From: Rickettsiales bacterium
GTDB lineage: Bacteria > Pseudomonadota > Alphaproteobacteria > Rickettsiales > UBA1997
NCBI GenBank assembly: GCA_033763375.1
Contig: JANRKR010000008.1
Coordinates: 1 to 49,205, forward strand
Direction: 5' to 3'
Length of the DNA: 49,205 nucleotides
Positions 44,754 to 49,205 of this stretch are shown here, one piece after another. The notes beneath the pieces were generated by a model. The model was not told where the DNA came from. It did not search any database and saw only the letters and a program-made list of their open reading frames with translations. Position 1 is the stretch's first letter; each line of letters opens with the position of its first letter. A program made the translations under genes and the position numbers.

Positions 44754-45440
44754 TTATTTTTTTGCTGCTGGAGTTTTTGCTGCCGCTGCCGGAGCCGGAG
44801 CTGCTGGCGCACCTGCTGCTGGAGCTGCGGCTGTTGTTGTTGCGCCTGCTGCCGGAGTTGCTTCTTCAGTTTTAGTAGAGCGACCAACAATTGAGGCAAC
44901 TAAAAACTTACCATTTTCTGCTAATTTTACACCTTGTGGAAGTTTTAGATCATTACCACGGATTTTATTGCCAACTTGCAGCGCTCCAACATCAACATCA
45001 ATTTTGTGAGGAACGTTTTTAGCATTATCACAAAGAACGGTGATTTTTCTAAGAACCACATTTAAAAGACCGCCGCGTTTCAAACCTGGAGATTTATCTT
45101 GATTGATAAAATTAATTTTTGGATGAGCGCGAACGATTTTAGATTCTTCGCAATTAAGAAAATCAACATGAACTGGACGATCAGAAACTGGATCCAACTC
45201 AATTTTATGAGCAATAACTTTGGTTTTTTTACCAGAAAATTCTAACTCAATTACCGAAGTTTGTGAATTGCCTTTGAAATATTCATGTTCAAATTCTTTG
45301 GCATCAATTGTTAAATTAATATTGCCTTTTGCCGAGTAAATTACAGCAGGAATTTTGCCAGCTCTTTTAATTTTTTTAGCTTGCAGAGAGCCAAGTTTTT
45401 CTCTTTTTTCGGCTTTTAAAACGATGTTAGTCATAATCAA
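44754..45440 (-). CDS. rplY: 50S ribosomal protein L25 (general stress protein Ctc form) with Ala/Pro-rich tail
   Basis: 228 aa with N-terminal LKAEKREKLGS..AKKIKRAGKIPAVIY and a two-domain Ctc-type length. The C-terminal tail is AAPAAGAPAAPAPAAAAK. Confidence 0.85.
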   Translation of the reverse strand: MIMTNIVLKAEKREKLGSLQAKKIKRAGKIPAVIYSAKGNINLTIDAKEFEHEYFKGNSQTSVIELEFSGKKTKVIAHKIELDPVSDRPVHVDFLNCEESKIVRAHPKINFINQDKSPGLKRGGLLNVVLRKITVLCDNAKNVPHKIDVDVGALQVGNKIRGNDLKLPQGVKLAENGKFLVASIVGRSTKTEEATPAAGATTTAAAPAAGAPAAPAPAAAAKTPAAKK

Positions 45441-45667
45441 AAAATATTATTTGGCTTATATAAAGCCTGTAAATTTAGAGTGTAGTTATAAGGCGTTGCA
45501 TGATTTGGAAGTTTGCGAATCTAAATTTGCGAAACTGAAGCCAAAATGTAAGTTGACTTTTAACGACCTTCAAAAGAGCGCGGCAATCTAGGTGCCAACT
45601 AACAAAAATCAAGTTCTATTTTTGCTATTTTATGGTGATTATCCATTGACTCACAATTTTTTCAAAA

Positions 45668-45864
45668 CCCCGTCATGAAGACGGGGTGACAAAATCCGAA
45701 TCTAAAATCAAATCACAATAACATGAAGACGGGGTGACAAAATCCGAATCTAAAATTAAATCACAACAACATGAAGACTAACGTGACAGTGTGGCTGGAT
45801 CTTAACCAAGATTGTCACCTTAGTCTTTATGACGTTGTCACCTTAGTCTTCATGACGGGGCTGG
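45668..45864. repeat. Family A cluster: 48-bp unit in ~2.5 tandem copies plus two inverted 24-30-bp arms
   Basis: CATGAAGACGGGGTGACAAAATCCGAATCTAAAAT(C/T)AAATCACAA(T/C)AA starts at 45674, 45722 and 45770, and the third copy is degenerate. The inverted arms TTGTCACCTTAGTCTT(T/C)ATGACG lie at 45812-45834 and 45835-45864. Confidence 0.9.
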
Positions 45865-45886
45865 TTGTGCTTCTTGGGATAATCGC

Positions 45887-46351
45887 CTATTTTATTTTTG
45901 CTACAGCTGCCAAAACTTCTTCAACGTGACCGTTAACTTTTACTGAAGTCCAAATTTTATTAATTTTACCCACTTTATCAATCAAAAAAGTGCTGCGATC
46001 AATGCCAAAATATTTTTTACCAAACATTGATTTTTCTTTAATGACACCATATTTCTGGCAAACTTCACCATCAACATCAGATAATAAATTGAAACTTAAA
46101 TTATATTTGGCGATGAAGTTGCAATGACTTTTAACGCTGTCCTTGGAAATTCCTAAAACTGTGCAATCGAGCTTTTCAAATTCTTTAATTTTACGGCTGA
46201 AGTCTTGAGCTTCAATGGTGCAACCTGGAGTATCATCTTTTGGATAAAAATATAAAACAACATTTTTGCCTTTAAGATTGGCAAGAGAAATTTCGTCGCC
46301 ATCAGAAGCAAGAGAAAATAAAGGTGCAGCTTTGCCAATTTCCAGAGTCAT
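45887..46351 (-). CDS. bcp: Peroxiredoxin, Bcp type
   Basis: 154 aa with the active site FYPKDDTPGCTIEA. Confidence 0.85.
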   Translation of the reverse strand: MTLEIGKAAPLFSLASDGDEISLANLKGKNVVLYFYPKDDTPGCTIEAQDFSRKIKEFEKLDCTVLGISKDSVKSHCNFIAKYNLSFNLLSDVDGEVCQKYGVIKEKSMFGKKYFGIDRSTFLIDKVGKINKIWTSVKVNGHVEEVLAAVAKIK

Positions 46352-46371
46352 AAATAAATATAATTTAGAGT

Positions 46372-46941
46372 TTACTTTTTTGATTTTTTCTTTGGTTTTT
46401 CAATTTCTTTTTCAACGGGCTTAATGTTGGAAATTATATCGTTAAACTGTGATTGGCTGCAAAGACCAAGCAAAACAACATCGCGTGGTTTGATATTTTT
46501 TAAATTCCAATGAGTGCGAGTTCTGATTGAATCGATCATTTTATCAGTTGTGCCAACCAATTTTTTGATCTGACCGTTGGTTATTTCGGGATAATATTTT
46601 AACAAATAGGCAATGCCGTCTGGCTTATCTTGCCTTCTGGCAATTGGCGTATATTTGCCGGATTTTTTAGCGACAGATTTAACGTCAGAAGTTATTGATC
46701 TTTTTAAAACCAAAGTAGCTTGAGAGTTTTTTTCGCATCTTTCAATTTCCTCGTGTGAAAGTTGACCAGAAAGAATTGGGTTTTGTCCGATAATTCCAGA
46801 AGCAACATCGCCATCGGCAATACCTTGAACCTCAAGCTCATGCAAGCCGCAAAAAGCAGCAATTTGCGCAAAAGTAAGAGAAGTATTTTCAACCAGCCAA
46901 ACAGCAGTTGCTTTGCGCATTAAAGGTAGTTCTTGTGTCAT
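46372..46941 (-). CDS. DUF1013-family protein (TrcR-like, alphaproteobacteria-conserved)
   Basis: 189 aa. The N-terminal PLMRKATAVWLVENTSLTFAQIAAFCGLHELEVQGIADG pattern matches my recollection of DUF1013 proteins. Confidence 0.65.
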   Translation of the reverse strand: MTQELPLMRKATAVWLVENTSLTFAQIAAFCGLHELEVQGIADGDVASGIIGQNPILSGQLSHEEIERCEKNSQATLVLKRSITSDVKSVAKKSGKYTPIARRQDKPDGIAYLLKYYPEITNGQIKKLVGTTDKMIDSIRTRTHWNLKNIKPRDVVLLGLCSQSQFNDIISNIKPVEKEIEKPKKKSKK

Positions 46942-47024
46942 TTTGTTTATATTCTTAATTTGATTTTTAAGTTCACGAAATGTCGCGTCTTTTTATTTAT
47001 CAGGGTCAATAAAAGCAAGTAATT

Positions 47025-47807
47025 ATGTTAATCTTACTCTCGCCTGCAAAATCTCTGAATTATCAAACAAAAATTTTGCAAAAAAATTTTTCCATTCCTC
47101 ATTTTGAAAATGAAACTAAGAAATTAGCCGCAACGCTGAAAAAATTGTCAGTTTCTGATTTAGAAAAGTTAATGACGATTAGCAAAAATTTAGCACAATT
47201 AAATTTTCAGCGTTGGCAAAATTTTGCCCCAAACTACAATTTACAAAACTCCAAACCAGCTTTATTAGTTTTTGATGGCGATGTTTATAAGCCAATTGAC
47301 AAAGAAAATTTTTCACAAAGTGATTTTGATTTTGCTCAAAAAAATTTAAGAATTTTATCAGGCTTTTATGGAATTTTAAAACCCTTGGATTTGATTCAGC
47401 CTTATCGATTAGAAATGGCAACCGACTTTCAAAAAAGTAATTTAAAGAATATTTTGGGTGTAAAAAATCTTTATCAATTTTGGGGTGATAAAATTTCTAA
47501 TTATCTGAATTTGGAATGTAAAAATAATGCCGTAAAACACGTCATAAATTTGGCTTCGGAAGAATATTTTTCTGCAATAAATCCACAGAAAATTTCAGCA
47601 AAAATTATAAACATCGTTTTTAAAGAAAATAAAAACGGTGTTTATAAAATCATTGGAATCAACGCTAAAAAGGCACGCGGACTAATGACGAACTTTATAA
47701 TCAAAAACAAAATTTCTGTTCCTGGCGATTTAAAAAACTTTAAAAGTGAAAATTATCGTTTTGAAAAAACCTTGTCGGATGAATTAAATTTTACTTTCGT
47801 CAGATAA
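47025..47807 (+). CDS. yaaA: Peroxide stress protein YaaA (UPF0246)
   Basis: 260 aa starting MLILLSPAKSLNY, with LRILSGFYGILKPLDLIQPYRLEM and INAKKARGLM blocks. Confidence 0.8.
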   Translation: MLILLSPAKSLNYQTKILQKNFSIPHFENETKKLAATLKKLSVSDLEKLMTISKNLAQLNFQRWQNFAPNYNLQNSKPALLVFDGDVYKPIDKENFSQSDFDFAQKNLRILSGFYGILKPLDLIQPYRLEMATDFQKSNLKNILGVKNLYQFWGDKISNYLNLECKNNAVKHVINLASEEYFSAINPQKISAKIINIVFKENKNGVYKIIGINAKKARGLMTNFIIKNKISVPGDLKNFKSENYRFEKTLSDELNFTFVR

Positions 47808-47890
47808 AATTCTAAATTGCCGCGCTTTTCTCGCAATGACCAAATGCCAAGATAAACAATAATCTATTAAAAGGTTCTAAGATTCTAAAC

Positions 47891-48628
47891 ATGAAAAGCT
47901 GGACTTACAAAAATTTCACAATTCATCAATTTGAAGAATTAGAAAGCACTAATAAAACTGCTTTTGAACTTGTGGCGGCAAAAAAAATTTTTGATCGTGA
48001 AATAATTTTAGCAGACAAGCAAACAGCTGGAAAAGGGCGTAATTCAAGGGTTTGGCACTCGCCGCAAGGTAATCTTTATTTTTCACTGGTTTTGCAACCA
48101 AATATTTCGGCTCAAAAAATTGCGCAAATTTCTTTTGTTGCTGTTACAGCCTTAAGACTTGCTATTCAGCTATTAAAACCTGATTTAAAAATTGAAAATA
48201 AATGGCCTAACGATCTTTTGATTGATGAGAAAAAAATTGCTGGAATTTTACTTGAAAGCAAAATTAATCAAAAAAATTGCGAATTGGTAATTGTTGGGAT
48301 TGGCTTAAATATTGTTTCAAACCCTGGTCAAACAATTTTTCCAGCCAGTAATTTAAAAAAATTTGGTATCGAAATTTCTTGTGAAAAAGCGCTGAAAAAT
48401 TTTTTAAATCAATTTGAAAATCTTTATAAAAATTATCTCGATTTTGGTTTTGTAGGAATTCGCAAATTATGGCTTGAAAAATCTTTTTGCTTAAACCAAG
48501 AAATAAAAGTGAAAAATAACAACCAAGAAATTTCCGGAATTTTTTCTGATCTTGATGAAGAAGGAAATTTGATTTTAAAAACCTCTGATGGAATAAAAAA
48601 AATTTCAGCAGCTGATGTATATACTTAA
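47891..48628 (+). CDS. birA: Biotin--[acetyl-CoA-carboxylase] ligase, group I (no N-terminal HTH)
   Basis: 245 aa with QTAGKGRNSRVWHSPQGNLYFS and KWPNDLLIDEKKIAGILLE. Confidence 0.8.
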   Translation: MKSWTYKNFTIHQFEELESTNKTAFELVAAKKIFDREIILADKQTAGKGRNSRVWHSPQGNLYFSLVLQPNISAQKIAQISFVAVTALRLAIQLLKPDLKIENKWPNDLLIDEKKIAGILLESKINQKNCELVIVGIGLNIVSNPGQTIFPASNLKKFGIEISCEKALKNFLNQFENLYKNYLDFGFVGIRKLWLEKSFCLNQEIKVKNNNQEISGIFSDLDEEGNLILKTSDGIKKISAADVYT

Positions 48629-48629
48629 T

Positions 48630-48655
48630 CAAATTCAAACTTTTGTTTGAATTTG
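48630..48655. repeat. Family D hairpin CAAATTCAAAC-TTTT-GTTTGAATTTG
   Basis: An 11-bp perfect stem starts 2 nt after the birA TAA. No T-tract follows it. Confidence 0.8.
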
Positions 48656-48674
48656 GTGTAAATCGAATTGCTGC

Positions 48675-48693
48675 GCGGCAACTAAATTGCCGC
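48675..48693. terminator. Hairpin GCGGCAA-CTAAA-TTGCCGC between convergent birA and prfA
   Basis: It has a 7-bp perfect GC-containing stem. The 12-mer CTAAATTGCCGC recurs at 47814-47825 downstream of yaaA. Confidence 0.35.
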
Positions 48694-48772
48694 ATCCGCA
48701 ATAGATTTTTACTTTGGTATAATTAAATTTTTTGGGAAAAATTTGGCAATTTATAATTTAACTTAAAAATTC

Positions 48773-49205
48773 TTACTCTTCACTTCCAGACAATTTTCGT
48801 GCGCGGTCATCGGCGGTTAAAGCGTTAATAAATTCATCTAATTCACCAAGCATGATATCATCAATGCGGTAACTGGTTAAGTTAATGCGATGATCGGTGA
48901 CACGACTTTGCGGAAAATTATAAGTTCTAATTCTCTCGCTTCTGTCGCCACTGCCAATTTGCTCTTTTCTGCTAGCAGAAATTTCTTTTTCAATTCTTTC
49001 GCGCTGCGCTTCATAAAGTCTGGATCGTAAAACTTTCATGGCTTTTTCACGATTTTTAATTTGTGATTTTTCGTCTTGCATTGAAACCGTAACACCAGTT
49101 GGAATGTGAACAATTCTCACCGCTGAGTCAGTTGTATTAACTGATTGTCCACCAGGGCCACTTGAGCGAAAAACATCAATTCGTAAATCTTTTTCTTCAA
49201 TTTTT
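48773..49205 (-). CDS. prfA: Peptide chain release factor 1 (C-terminal part; ORF runs off the window)
   Basis: The frame is open to the window edge. It has the GGQ motif ([24 protein letters not shown]) and the RF1-type [15 protein letters not shown]. Confidence 0.9.
   Translation of the reverse strand, partial: KIEEKDLRIDVFRSSGPGGQSVNTTDSAVRIVHIPTGVTVSMQDEKSQIKNREKAMKVLRSRLYEAQRERIEKEISASRKEQIGSGDRSERIRTYNFPQSRVTDHRINLTSYRIDDIMLGELDEFINALTADDRARKLSGSEE

Noticed and set aside
44754-44880. I asked whether the Ala/Pro-rich tail of L25 is unusual.
   Set aside because: Ctc-type L25 proteins with low-complexity Ala/Pro/Lys tails are widespread in alphaproteobacteria.
44684-44899. The track lists a Gln-rich 71-aa minus-strand ORF (QQQPQLQQQVRQQLRLRQRQQ).
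   Set aside because: It is an out-of-frame reading of the GC-rich Ala/Pro tail of rplY plus the downstream family E hairpin, so it is a compositional artefact.
45668-45864. I considered a possible CRISPR array because of the regularly spaced GACGGGGTGACAA repeats.
   Set aside because: There are only ~2.5 copies. The supposed spacers are themselves conserved, so the whole 48-bp unit repeats. The locus ends in inverted copies of the same arm. Related units occur as palindromes at 6.0 and 7.1 kb, and no cas genes are present. It is a REP/MITE-type cluster.

Overview
This is a 49.2-kb, AT-rich (roughly one-third G+C by eye), gene-dense chromosomal segment. It looks alphaproteobacterial: it has a fused IspDF, an LDH-like Mdh, a DUF1013/TrcR-like protein, an alanine-racemase-fold ODC, and hemE beside an extremely AT-rich spacer. 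I call about 50 CDS, almost all housekeeping. They cover biotin (bioB, birA), nucleotide metabolism (purK, guaB, pyrB, tmk), F1-ATPase (atpH-atpA-atpG), truB-rpsO-pnp, BolA/Grx4, polyamine genes (agmatinase family, ODC, deoxyhypusine-synthase-like), hemE, nadC, nuoF, ispDF, priA, mdh, rplY and a partial prfA. Many gene junctions are overlapping or nearly so (ATGA, TAATG, 11-nt and 19-nt overlaps). I recognised no rRNA, tRNA, CRISPR array, transposase, integrase or phage gene. Five things stand out. (1) At least five families of short dispersed palindromic or MITE-like repeats occur (named A-E here). Several start exactly on stop codons, donate stop or start codons, or bracket single genes. (2) A stand-alone lipoprotein secretin heads an operon with an ABC-2-type permease-like protein and an unrecognised membrane-anchored helical protein, with no secretion or pilus partner genes nearby. 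(3) A 561-nt ATG-free leader with a GC-rich island lies in front of the ornithine decarboxylase gene. (4) A very AT-rich spacer upstream of hemE carries CtrA-like and DnaA-like boxes and is a candidate oriC, although gene orientation argues against it. (5) Eukaryote-type lysine and polyamine enzymes are present (LYS1-type saccharopine dehydrogenase, MSOX-family oxidase, DHS-like protein). All functional calls rest on motif recognition by eye from the ORF translations; no database search was run.
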